Positions 49,701 through 62,660 of a DNA stretch of 64,000 bases are shown one piece after another. Made by a program: the position numbers and the translations under genes. The DNA comes from Psammoneis japonica (Eukaryota). The notes under the pieces were generated by a model. That model was not told the DNA's origin. It searched no databases and saw only the letters and a program-made list of their open reading frames with translations. The DNA is taken from contig QPGO01000003.1 of assembly GCA_008632985.1 (NCBI GenBank), positions 62,001 to 126,000 of the forward strand, in the 5' to 3' direction. How positions within the stretch are numbered: position 1 is the stretch's first letter; each line of letters starts with the position of its first letter.

Positions 49701-52100
49701 GGAAAGGGAATTGCATGACATTAAATCGGTGCCCCCTGGTTCACATGGGGCAGAGAAGGGAGTCTTGGACGCTGAACAGGTGATTCTGCAGTGATGAAGT
49801 GATCGTTTCACCACTGCCACACAGCTGTGCCAGACTTGAAATTGTGCAGTGTCCAAACACATCTTGGAAATTCCAATGACATTGGCTTGGATTTCCATGG
49901 CCACTTGTGCACAATCATTAAAGTCCCTGCCTTGGTGGTCAAAGGAACACCCATTGGCATTGAACGCGTGCAATCTTGTGTGTCTGGGCGAGGGCAATTT
50001 AGGAAGCAATGGATCACCAACTGGGTCATTGGAGGACAATCTGGAGCAGTTGATGGTGGCAGAGGGAGGGGCACAATTGCGTCCTGACAACAGCTGGGTC
50101 CACTGCTGAGCAGCGGGATCAACTGCATGCAAAGGGGTGTCACCCCTCATGTGCAAGCCATGCTTCCTCAAAGGAAGGCTGCAGGAAGACTTTTGTCTGC
50201 GTCATGGACAAGTGGCAGGTGAGACGACTGGGCCTGACCCATGGAAAATCCAAATTGTCCACTTCAGTCATCGAAGTGTCCTCAGGAGGATTGTGTGAGG
50301 AAGAACCTGCTGGAGCCGACGCAGCTGGCTTCTTCTGATGGGGGGAGACTGGGACATCTGGAATGACAGAGGCAAACATCTCTTGCATCACAGTCTGCAA
50401 TTGAGAAGCGAGAGTGGTTTGCAACTGGGAAGCAACTGCTTGCTGCAACTGAGTCGACAGAGCCAAAATGGATTCTTGATGTTTCCTCTCTAATTCTGCA
50501 AAACGTTTTTCTTGATCTTGCTGGTTTTGGTGAACAAGTTGTTGCAGTTCAGCGATTTCCACAGATTGGTTCGACACATCCAAGATGGGAATGGCACCTG
50601 GGATGACTGCCCCTGGCGTGTTCTTCAAAACTTGGGAATGTGCAGGAAAACCCGCATGCACTCCAATGCTCTTTGGTGCTGGAGGTCCTTTGGAATCTGA
50701 CGCCTGTGGAGGAGCAATGGAAGCCACTGGAGAAATGTCTGAAATGTCAAGAGACGCCCAACTTTGAATGTTTGTGGATGAGATGGATTGAACCGCATCG
50801 GACACATTGTCGTTGATGCCGGGGATCACAGGCCCAGGTTGACTGTCCGGAATTCCTGCCTCAACTGCAATGGCTTGGAACCACTCGGGGAGATGTTTGG
50901 CAATGCAGTGTTTGGCTTGATGAAAACAATCCTCATTGACAAGAATGTTGTGCCACTGGACCGCAGATGTTTTCTTCGATGGGACGACGTCTGGCACTCC
51001 AGTCACCTTTTTAATTGTGTCGGTCAGACAGAACAAATGGGCTTCTGTGCAGTGAAGCAATGGGATGACATGAGTCTTGGCACTTGTCTTGCATTGTTTG
51101 CGGATTGCTTTGTCAAAAGCTTCCGGTTGAGAGTGACGCCAGCAGGATGGGACTGTCACAAGTGGATGTTCTTTCAGAACCTCCAACAAGGCGTGGATCA
51201 CATCTTTTGCGTGGTCGCGGGGTGTTTCGATGGCACAAAAGTTGGTTCAAAGAGATGGATCTTTGGGAGATGAAGCCAACTGGACTGTCAACCTGAAGGG
51301 TGGCTTCAAGCGGCTGCGTTGAGGAAGAAGGGTCATCAACAATTTTTGAGCCACATCCTCTGGATGATGCTTTGGTGGCAGGTCGACAAGAAGAGCCACG
51401 CGAGCAAGGTCAATGATGGTCTCGTCCCAATGGTGGCGGCGCATGCAGATGCCATTGTCTTTCAATGCTTTGTTGATGAAAGGAGTGTTCCTGATGTCAG
51501 CAAGAGACAAAGATGTTTGGATGCGGTGTGCAACAACAAACGTTGGGGAGCGATGGCACGAACCTCCAATGCGATGCACAACAAAGTGTTGAGAATGAGC
51601 AAGTCCAGCAGTCCACTTGATGACATTGATTTCGGGGATTTTGAGACTGCGGTTTGACAGAATCGTCATCTGATTCATCAAAGGGTCTTGGGAGGCTTTC
51701 TGTTGGAGGGTGTTGAGGATGGCAGCATGACCCATGGCTGAGACCGTGGATGCATTGTTGTCAGATGAGGTCAATTTGAAACGGATGGCAATCTCCTTGA
51801 GCTTGGAGCTTTTGGGTTTTCCAGATCCAGTTCTGGTGGGAGCAGGTGGAGCATCATCCATGACAGGCATCCATGACAGGGGGGGATCAGGCTGAGGATC
51901 ACCAGCATGGCCAACCTGCGGTGGCGGAGGGTTCATCATGGTGATGAGTTTTTGGTGCAAATTTTGCACAGAATTCCACATAGAAACTGTCAACAGGTGC
52001 TTGCATGGAAAAGTGTCACCATCATCATCAGGTGGTGCCATGTGCTGAAACAGTTGGCAAAAGCACACCCATTGCAGCAAACTGTTGTGCATGTGCATGC
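43770..52100 (-). mobile_element. Non-LTR retrotransposon (LINE) with ORF1 and APE-RT-RNase H-CCHC ORF2, Ambal-like, mutated
   Basis: APE LHAFNANG...LDCVLAT...SSDHRA. RT KIHHLRVIHICEADF, DCTSCFDR, GTGQG, GCADD. RNase H SDGS...AEACG...WAKGHQD...NVC. Knuckle CLHCEHPMEDWDHVLQC. ORF1 relic at ~50140-52098. Clade assignment is from domain architecture only. Confidence 0.9.
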
Positions 52101-54423
52101 ATCACACAGTGAACAAAACCATCAACATGCTGAGGCACACATGCTTTGTTGATCAAGGAAACAAGCCCTCAATGGATGTTGCACCCCTCAAAGCCCACAA
52201 CATTTTTCTGGTGAAGTTGTGACAGCTGCTGCTCAGCCTGTGTTTTCTGTTTCTTCTCTCATCTTCCTCTTCCTCCTCTGAGCCCTCCTCTGAGCCCTCC
52301 TCTGGGCCCTCTTCTGAGCTGACTTCTTTGAGTCATCCTCTTCCTTGTGGTCTTCTGGGAGAGCCGCTGCTGCTGACAAGATCAAGAACTTTTGTTGTTG
52401 TCATTTGCAACAAGCTCTCTGAAGAGCACTTCTGCTGCTCAACTTCTCCTCCAAGCTCTGGCACCACAGTGGGTTTGGCAAGAGCACCAGTGCACACCAG
52501 ATGCAGAGCAGCTGGCACTCCTTTTTGACAAGCCACTGCAGTGGTGCGAATGCACTGAGGTCAGGCATGCTTGGTTTGTGCAAGCAAGTTTGGCTGGTCT
52601 TGCCCGTCAGCTGCAAAACAAGTGCTTGGGAGGACAGCCTGAAAAACTGTCAGCTGTCATCTCTCTGGCTGCCAAATCTGGGCAGTTGTGTCCAGGCCAA
52701 GCATTTCAAAGAACAGCTCTAAAAGCAGTTTGATGACATTGTCTTCTGGCACTGCTTTGCAGCACTTTCTGCAGAACTTGAAAAGTGCTGCCAACAATGA
52801 CAGAGATTTTGTGGCAGCCACACTCCACACACAGGAGGGGTTTCGCACATGTGTTTTGTGCACACCATGGCGGTGACACACTGACAACTCTGTCTGATGT
52901 CCATTTGCCTGTGCATGGCAAAAGACAATCAGCTGCCACACAACAGATGCTGTGCCCCCAGCAGAGGCTGCCATTCAAAGATGGCAGCAACGTGCAGCAT
53001 GTGTTGATCCCACAGGCTGCTCTGTGACCAGCGTCAGTTGCCGTGCCACCTCACTGCCATCTCCACATCTGGCAGCAGCAACTTTTCATGACAAAAATCC
53101 CAATGATCAATGACTCGCACATCCACACATGTGCAGACACACAAAACCAGGCCTGTGGGGAGCATTGACAACTTGTCTTTCTTTGTGGGTGTGTGCCATT
53201 GCATGCTGCATTGTGTGTGCACACGTGCCGGTGCGGCCCTGCTGCACTGTGCTGCCACCAGCATGGCCACTGCACACCGGTGACATGGATGACCATCACA
53301 TTTGATGGCTCACGCCATTTTTGGGGCTGCAGCGAGAGGTGCGCGGACACTCTTTTTTTCCCAATTTGTTGCCATGACAGCGCACATCACACAAGCGCAC
53401 TCATTGTTCGACATGTTTTTTCCAATGTGACTGTTTTGTGTGCAATTCATGTCAATTTCTCTTCACACAAAGTTGAGTGCATTTTTCAACATGCCATGCC
53501 AGCAATCCCAATTTTGCATCACTTTCGATCTCTCCTGAAAAACCACTCCACGCACCCCGTCGCAGGGAACCCATCAATTTTTTAGGATGTCCCCACAACC
53601 TCCAATGTCCTCTCAATGATCATTCTGCAAATCCGAGCAATTCATTTGCACCAAACAACCCATGTCATTCCAAAATCACAGGGACACACTTTCAAATGCG
53701 GGCAGACTGACTGCCGGGCCGACTGTCCGACATGAAAAAGTCCGCAATCACCAGCCACTGAGTGGTCAATGAAAAATGGCTCTGCACCTGCAATGTGCAA
53801 AGGTTAGACCTCCTGGTGGGGTGTGTGGAGAGGGGAGCCCACCCCTGGTCTTTTTTGTTGACTCAGATGCTGTCTGCAGAGCTCTTTCCCAGGTCAGGTG
53901 CAACAAAAGCTGGAGACTTCAAGGAGCAGAGAGAGGGGCTCAGCACCGTCTGTCTCCACTCGTGCTTGCAGATGCAGCACGCCCCCTGAATCTGCCTTGC
54001 ACCACAGCACCCTTGGCTGTTCTGTGTCAATGCTGTGTCCTCCGTTTTGCATGATGGCAGGCTGCTTTTGAGCGCACCAAGTCAGAGAGCTTGACAGAGG
54101 CTCTCAAAAGGAGCGCGCAGCACTTTTGCGTCACGGGTCATTTTCGAAAGATTCCCATTGATGTTGTACCGCCTGTAAAACACTGTCACACATCCAAAGG
54201 ACATAATTTTATGACTTTGATAAAAGGGCATAAAAAATTGAGTCATCGATGAAACAAAAAAATGTCTCGAGGAAGGATAAGGTTACCGGTTACCGGGCGG
54301 CAGGTACAGTAATTGTAACCTTACCGAGGTGCCGAAATCTCATCTCTTTGATGAGTCCCTGAACAGAGTGTCTCAAACCTGAACGTGAACTTTGTGTATG
54401 GGAAGAGGAAGAAGCGCTATGCA

Positions 54424-57194
54424 ATGAAATACGGAGTTGAGAGCTTGTTTGCGTTCTGGCTTGTCGTGGAAGTGAGAGGGGATGAATTTTTTAACAAACT
54501 GCCAGGTTGGGCATGCGATCGCTTTCAAGCGAAGAACCTCGGGATATTTGATTCCCCCGAAGAGTGCGGTCAAGCTGTTCTTGCAGACCCGGCGTGCACA
54601 AGTCCTGCAGCAGAATTCATGTTTGCGCACGAAAAGAAATCATGGGTAGGCCAGAAACGCCAGAGTACACTTCCTTCCGTCGACCTTTCAAAAAAGCGAT
54701 GCCTCATGCAACTTGTGTCTGCTCTACAAATTTTGCACTACTGTTTCTCGCACAGGGATGCAGATGCTGCCACGAGAACCCATTCCCATACAAACCATAC
54801 CCGCTAATCTACAACAGAAACCATAACTGGAACATTTACGCCCGTAAAGATCCGAGAGGCGACGATTTCTACAATCGACTACCAGGCCGAGCATGCACAA
54901 ATTTTGAGGCGAAGATACTAGGCTATAACTTTAAGTCCCCCAAAGAGTGTGGTCGAGCGGTTCTTACAGACTCGGCGTGCACCAGTGAATCGGGAGACTT
55001 TATGTGGTCACCCGGGAAGAATGAAGTATGGGTGAGCACGGATATTTGGGCACCACCGTGTTTATTAGAAGCCAACGCTCACCCGCATTCTGTTGCTGTT
55101 GCGTTCCTTGCGTCAACTGACACAATACTCAAGCAGGGATGTAGATGCTGTCGTGACAACCCGACCCCGCACTTGCCAGACGTCCAAGTCTACAACTCTG
55201 ACTATAACTGGAATATTTACGCTCTCAAACAATCGTTAACTTTGAGTCCTACCCATCAACCGACGGCAAGTCCTACTCCGAAACCGACAACGAGGCCAAC
55301 TCCCGATCCTACGTCTTCTCCATCGAGAGCACCAATCCCTCAACCCACTCCTTACCCTACTTCCCCCCCAACAAGTTATCCGACTCCACCGCCGACTCGA
55401 GACCCGACGCCAAGACCAACAACTTCACCAACAGATAAACCAACGGCCACGCCGACAATGGCGCCAACTGCAAAGCCTTCCGTGCCCATAACAAACGCTC
55501 GTACGCCGGTTCCGACTGTAAAGTCATTAAGCTCACCTACAAAGGGACCGACGAAAATGCCAACATCTCCACCTACTCCACTGCCTTCCATACCTCCAAC
55601 AGACGCCCCTACGCGTACGCCGGTCCCATTGTTTGTGTCTCCAACACAGCCCCCAACCTACTCACCAGCTGCGCCACCTACGCAAAAAGCATCAACCAAT
55701 AAACCGACCGAGATGGTAACGTTTACAGCAAACCAGAAGAAGAGAGTTGGCACGGGGAAAACGTGCTCTCAAAACGATGATTGTAAGTCGAACGTATGTA
55801 GATCAGGGGCTTGCATGGCTTCCGCTGCATGTCACCCATTGAAGCATAAGGATGGTACACCTTTTGACATCAACAGCATCAACATTGTCTTTGTCGGATC
55901 AGGGTTTGACAAGGCCACACATGAGCGCTGGCAAGGTCAAGCTAGAAAAGCCTACAGATTCTTTCGCAGATTCAACATGTTCGGAAACGGTATTGACCAA
56001 CTCAACTTCTTTCGAGTAGACCCTGTGAAGCATGAGAAATCATTCTGCGATTACGGTTGTGCCTCTATCGATCGCTTGTTGTGCTGTAGCGTCGATGTTG
56101 TGGAACGATTGGCAAGTCAGTGTTTCCCTGTCGGAGCCAATTTACAAACATTGGTGATTCATAACAATAACAAATACGGTGGCGCCGGGTACAGAGATCA
56201 AAACATTGCCACCATGAGCACACATCCAAATGGTTTGATGGTCGCCTTTCATGAGCTTGGGCACTCATTGTTTGAGCTTGCCGACGAATACTCTTACGGA
56301 GACGGGAATGCGTACGATGCCAACTGCGACGCTTCTCCGTACTGCTCAAAGTGGGCTGATCTAGTTGAAAACTCTCCACCGGGCTACAATCGCGTGTCGT
56401 GCGTACCAGGTTGTAGAGACGGAAAGTATTTCATATCTGGTACATCGTACATGAATGCATTGAGTGATCCTGTTGGGGCCGTGTAAGCAAAATGAAGTGC
56501 TGCTTTAATCCCTTAGAATTGCATCTGACATTGCTTTTCTTTTCACTCCATTCCAAGCAACGAGCGCTTGTCCTGTTGCACGTACCTTGCTCTTACCAAG
56601 ACTATGCCAGCGTACTGTAAAGTCTTTGATGTGGAACCAAATTATTTGTACAATTACTGCAAGGAAAATGACTATCAGCACTACGGACCAGATAACTACG
56701 TCAACGCTACAGCCATTCGCATCCACTCACCAAATGAACAAGAAGCAATACTTGTCGACGCGAACACCAACTACGTACATGTGACGAAGCCTGTGCAGGT
56801 GAAAGTCAGATTTAGGAAGAACCGTGAAACCGCAAAAGGAAGCAAACCAATACCTTTGCAACCCGGCATGTTCCTCAAAACTCAAGTCCGTGGTCACTTT
56901 AGTAAGCTAAAGGATGCTTCCAAACAGGGGGTCAAGTCTGTGGTGAAGGTAAAGGTGTTTTACAGCTCCGGAACTGAGATCTTATTCTTTACACCAAGGA
57001 CGGCGATTGAGGTCCCGCTACCTCCAGATCTCAATGTAACAACAGGCGTTACCGGTAGGGAACCACGAACTGTGTCGCAACTGTCGGATAGCATTGAAAT
57101 GGTTTTGGAAACATCTGGGAGAAAAGTGAGGAAAGTTCGAGCCATGTTTTTAGCCACAGAAGGGAAACGAAAGAAAGTGCCGGGATTTGCATGA
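54424..57194 (+). CDS. Secreted zinc metallopeptidase, M64 (IgA peptidase)-like, with two N-terminal Cys-rich repeats and PT linker
   Basis: Signal-like MKYGVESLFAFWLVVEVRG. INIVFVGSGF, YGGAG, HELGHSLFELADEY. Introns at 54646-54755, 55032-55136 and 56483-56557 keep the frame. Confidence 0.82.
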
Positions 57195-57293
57195 AAAATC
57201 GAAATTTTCATTTTCCCCTGTTTTTTGCGCATTTTCAAACTTTCGCGCGAAGCGATGTAGGCTGGGTGGGTGGTAGTTAACGTTCGTTAATGC

Positions 57294-57408
57294 CCAATTT
57301 TCTTGCTCTTGCTTACACTGGGCTGTTTCTTGACCTTGATGGAGTGTGTTGTTGTTGCGCCAATCGTTGCCATTGTTTTTGTTTTGCACTGTGCATGCTG
57401 GAAAACAC
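57294..57408 (-). pseudogene. Duplicated 5' fragment of the HEAT-repeat gene
   Basis: Encodes MATIGATTTHSIKVKKQPSVSKSKKIG versus MATIGATTTHSIKVKKQPGVSKSTKIG at 30168-30247. Confidence 0.9.
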
Positions 57409-60400
57409 GATTGCAGCAGGCACTTTTCCGTGACATCTGCAGGAGCTTGCCCCCACAATGACACCAGGCGCACCTGCTTGGATCCCTTTCATCTCCGGCA
57501 GATTCCATCATCACAGGCAACATGCACAAATCACCCATCACCACTTCACATGCTGCCTCTGCTTGGCCAGACATTTTGAGCATTTGTGCACAGACGCAGC
57601 TGGGCACACCATGGTTTGCACCACGTGACAGATGCCATCCATTGCAGCAGGCTGCAGTGCCTGCAATGCAACAACATCGAAGAAAGGAAGTGAGCCCCAT
57701 GTTTTTGGCAAAAAAAGGTGCAACTGTGCCAGCACTTGCATCCCACAGGACTCATGCACAGGGACCTTGTCAAAATGACTTTCTTGTCATTGCTTTCTCA
57801 TCTCATTTTCTGTGCAAATCTCCAAGCGCAAAACCACACACAGAAATGTTCTTTTGTCTCCCCGGCTCCCTCTGTGCACTCCAGCTGTGACAAAGAAAAC
57901 CTGTGTGGGCAAGTTTTGGCCACGGGCTGGAACATGTCCATGACATTTTAGATGCAGCAGCAATTTGCACCGCCCGCCCCCCAAGGTCATTGTGGAGAGG
58001 TCCAAACACGCCATTTTGGGATCTCATTTGAAAAACCTGTTTTCGTGCACAAAGTGAAATTTCAATTCCCTTGTTTTCACATTTTCGTGAGCTTTTCATG
58101 AGCCAAAGCTTGTGACATGCCACCACCCTCAATCTCTGTGATGTTTTGAAACTCTAAAAATTCAGTGCTGTGCTGCGTGGGCATTTTGCTCAAAACAAGC
58201 AAATTTTGAGCAACAATGTTTCGAAAAAACACCTGCTGCCTTTGTGGCCATTGCAGCATTCCACTTTAATTGCACTTTGGTGAAAAAACAAAAAATGCCA
58301 TTTTTTGCTCAAACATGTCATGTTTGAGCAAATGGGATTCAATGTTTGAGCAATTGCTTGCTCAAACATGCTGCTCAAAGACGTGTTTGATGGATGACTC
58401 AAACTTGTGCAAGCTTGAGCAGTTGCTCAGCCAAACATGCACTTTGAGCCCAAAACAGTGGCTGCCACCACAAAGCCACTGTGCAGCACCAGCCTGCTGC
58501 ACAGTGCCAGCTGTGTGCACTGTGAGTGCTGCTTTCACTGCGTGCAGGTGTCAGCAGTGCCAAACAAGTGCAATGGAGACAAAGTGCTTGCAGCCATCAA
58601 CAACAAACAACACAATCGCAGCCATTGTGCTGTGATGAAATGAGCAATGATTCTTCAACAACAACACCTTCACAAAACCCAACAATCTGACAAAAACATG
58701 GACACAAACTTGTGCACAAAATGTCAAAAATTCATGCGGAACAGGCTTGTTGGGGGGGAACAACAAGAAACAACATTGTGTGGCAAAGTGCGCCAAAGCA
58801 CTGACATGCACTTTGACATTAATGTCCATTGTTCTGAGTCAAAAATGTTGGCCGGTGTGGCAAATGGGCCTTCAGTGCTGGCATTGTCTTTGTTCCTGTC
58901 ATGCCAGCACAGATTTTTTGTGCGCAGAGGGCCTCAATGCACTGGGTGCATGTTTGAGCAATTGCTTTGAACTTGCCAAATTTGAGCAAATGAGGGACTT
59001 AAGTTTGAGCAATTGCTCAAACTTTCAGTTGCAAAAGCCAAGACTAGAACTCTCAGTCAGGACCATCAGTTTTTGCTTGGCATGGTGTTCGATCACATCC
59101 ATTGTGTTTGCGCACACACACGTGTTTGAGCCGTTTTGGTTTTTGTTCACTCACATCTGCATTTCTGAGGATTTTTTCATTTTTGCATGAACAAGACTGT
59201 GCACGCATGGCCAGAATCACTTGCTTTCCTTGGCAGCTCTCGTCGAACAGTGTGGGAAAAACTGCGTGACAACAACACTCAAGTGGGCGGTCGCTTCTCA
59301 AGCAAATCTTCCTTGTGCAGCTCAAGACTTTGTGAGCTGCATGAGGGAAGTTTGTGAGCTGCACAACTTGACTTTTCATCAGCCCTGCCCTCCCTTGCAC
59401 AGCTTGTGACTTTGTCAGCTGTGTGAGGGAAGTTTGTGAGCTGCACAATGAAATGTTTTGTGTGCCACACAATGACACTTGGTCAATTGCTTGGCATGAG
59501 TTATTGTCCACAACAGCAAATTTGCACACACAATGCCCAGATGATGGACATGCCTCCCCTCACAAGAAAAACACCATGACAGCAGCAAGCAACAGCTGAT
59601 GCCAGATTCTGCTGCCAAACCTTTTCCCCCACCAACAACACCAGTGCGCACTGCATGCCATGTTTTGCTCTGACAAATGCATTTTTCTGTCATTCCTGCT
59701 CAAATCCCACAACTTTGACAGCTGGCGCTGCTTCACTGTCAAACTTTTCCTGCCAACAATGCTTGGAAAAGCATGCGTGAGAAAAGAGAGGTGAGAGAAA
59801 GTCCAAAAATGGACAAACACTCCTTCTGAGATTTTGCTGACATCCACACTCTTTTGTCACAACTGTCATGCTTCAATTTGTTTGTTCTCAACAGGTTGAA
59901 GAGTGCAGAAACCACTGCACAGCTGGTTGAGACTCTGTGCAATGCCAAGTGTTGGGCAAAGTTGGTTGGGTTGGTGAGCACAGCAGAGTGAGGCAGGCTG
60001 GAGGATGACAGCAAGGGGAGCAAAAGGGGGTCAGAGGAAGGCACCTCAAGGGCATGGAGCATTTGACGTGGCAATTTGCAATCTGCCACTTTTGGAAAAT
60101 CTGGGAACAACTGGCAGATGAGGTTGCCATCATCTCCAAACATTTGAGTCTGAGGACTGCCTGGGTTGCTGACTGCAGCATCACCCAGGCAGCTTTTTTC
60201 TGCAAAGATGTTCACACAACCTGGGGTCCCAATCCCCCCACCTCTGAAAACATTGAGACAGCCAATGAGAGCCAAGGGGTTGCTCCCTGGTGAGGCATTG
60301 ATTGATGCTTCCAAGGAAGGGAGTGTCTTTCAACACCACCATGGTGGTTGGTGCTGCTGTTGTGCATTTGTTCCAAGACTTCAATGTCCAGTTCACTTTG

Positions 60401-62660
60401 GCATGTTGACTCTCACTTCACTAAAGTCAAGTTAATCAAGACACTCTCCCCACACCAGGCAGGTGAAAAATTGCCTGTTCCTCTCCTCATTCATTCCAGC
60501 TCTAGCCCAGCATGTTGTTCACACCGGCAGGGCCAAACTGATGCTTGGTCTGTCACAGACTTTAATTTGCATTGGCGCTCTCTGACTTGATGAAAAGAGT
60601 CAAGACAAAGAAAACACATGGTTGAACTCAGAGTGCTCAAATGACTCCTTGACATTGCACTCAATGAGAGTGCCACTGCCGCAGAGCTTTTTCAGTTGGC
60701 GTGCATGTTTGCTGTTTTCTGGGCCTTCTCAGTTGCCATTTCAGGCAACACCCTTTGTCACTTGTTGCACAAGAAACCCCTGGATTGTCCAGGTGGGGTG
60801 ACATGAACATCACACAATGATTGCAAGGATTTGTGTCAAAAAGCTGGTGTGATGCCAGCCAAAGACAAGAAGCATGTTGCCATGATCACATCTTGGTCTG
60901 TGTGACTGTGTGACATTTTTGTGCAACGTGCAGTCAGTGGTTTGTTTTTTATGGTGTCTTTGGTTCTTGGCTGCTGGTTTGCACCCGAGCTGTCTTCAAG
61001 TTTGGCATGTCCAGGAATCATGGGCAAAATGGGGTGGGAACTGCAAGACATTCCCTTGTGTGTCATCAAGCAACACAAGCATCCAAATGTTGGTTGTGAT
61101 GTGCCACTGTCAGCAAGCATCTTGTGGAGCATCAACCATTCATGTGTTGTGTGAAATGCAGTTTTCCTGGTTGTGTGCTGTCTCTCATGCTCTTGTCTCT
61201 TGCGTGAACTCCAGTTGCTTGTGCTGACAACTCATCATTCTGTCTTGTGCACATTGGGCACTCCCTTTGTGTTGTGCTGTTGCACCTTTCAACTTGTGCA
61301 CAGCTTGTGCTTTGATTTGCAAATTTCAAGTGTGTTCCTTGTCATCACCAGTGCACACACCAAGGCAATGAATGTTGCAGCTCCAAAAGAGTTGTCACAA
61401 ATGCCCAAGCCTGGAGTTTTTTTTTGTGTGTGTCATGGTGTGTTGGTCTTGTGGGACTCAGTTTTGTGTCATTGTCACAAGGTCATTGTTGCAGTTCATG
61501 AAGCTGATTTGCCACTGGCACTGATGGTGTCCACAAGCTTGATTGCACTGAAGCTTTTGGCTTTTAACTGGGCATGTGTTGCACTCAGCCATGCTGTCAA
61601 CAATGTCAAAAATTCCAGACCATGCCACCACCCATGTTTGGTTCTCAACCACAACAATGGCAAACATGCAACAGATGACTTGGCTCCTTTGCCATGTCAG
61701 CTTCAGCTTCAATCCAAGAGCTGAGCCCTGTTTCTTCAAAGCTGAGAGAGGAGCCCAAGTTTTGTTGTTCGTTGATGGCAATCTCATCATTTTTTGCCAT
61801 TGTTTCTTTCATGAGCACATCACAATGGCTCCTCAGTGATGATTTTTTACATCTTTTGTTGACCTGCTTGTCTGTCAAACACAGAGGATTCTCACACAAA
61901 AATGCCCCGCCACCCACAGCACGGGCACTCACTCTCTTTGCACATTTTCTCTTGGCAGCAGCGCTGCTCCTGTGCCAACACAGACATCTCTGTCAAGCCA
62001 TGAGCAGCACTTTTTCACAGCAAAAGTGTGCCCATCCACCATGCCATGAAATGACGCCACTCCTCCCCCCTTCTTTCTGACAAAGTGGCTGAGAGTTTGC
62101 AGTGTGTGAGCTCTGCTGCTCTGTCAACTGCAGCAGTGTGGCTGCAGCTGCTCTGTTTTTGCACATCCTCTGCCAATTGTTTGTGTTGACATTTGCAACA
62201 ATTCAGTGCATCCTCCTTTGCACTCACTCAGATGCCCCTGTTGGCAGCACACCAGCAACCCATCTGGCACTCCTGCTGCCCTGTGTTGAGCGAGATGGTT
62301 TGTTGACCGCTGCACAACATGACCCTGCCAACAGCACTGCTCCAAAACAGCAACAGCATGCCATGTGAAATTCTTGACTCTGCAGGCAGGCTGCTCTGTT
62401 GCTGGCATCAGCCCACAGCATGTGTCACGGAGCCTCCTGCTGGCTGGCAGCATCCACCCCCACCAGTCATCTTTTGCAAAAAGAAACATCCCAAATTGTC
62501 CATGACCGACACACGCAGTGTCCTCACAAGGGGAAAAATTCTGAAGTGTTGCCCACAAAGTTTGAGCTGCAGACGTTGCTGTGGCAATGTCAATGCACTT
62601 GTGTGGATGGATGAACCTGGGTGCATGGAGAGGGGATCCCACCCCTGATCCCGATGGCTC
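57320..62660. repeat. Second degraded TpA/CpG-depleted repeat block, partly homologous to 30.5-54.1 kb
   Basis: TpA nearly absent. Contains TTTGAGCAA/TTGCTCAAA motif clusters (58190-59020), an inverted match of ~60270-60335 to ~42455-42515, and the 60530-61760 repeat. Confidence 0.85.
60530..61760 (+). repeat. Dispersed repeat, copy 2 (homologous to ~33340-34570)
   Basis: Collinear direct match. Differences are dominated by transitions. Confidence 0.88.

Larger units (their letters stand above)
30500..54160. repeat. Nested, degraded transposon block depleted of TpA (and largely CpG)
   Basis: Only about 60 TpA in ~23.5 kb by manual count. Contains Copia and LINE relics and internal repeats. 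Boundaries approximate. Confidence 0.9.

Noticed and set aside
30500..54160. Numerous 60-200 aa ORFs as real Cys-rich genes
   Set aside because: They overlap in all frames and result from loss of TAA/TAG. Only those with TE motifs were used.
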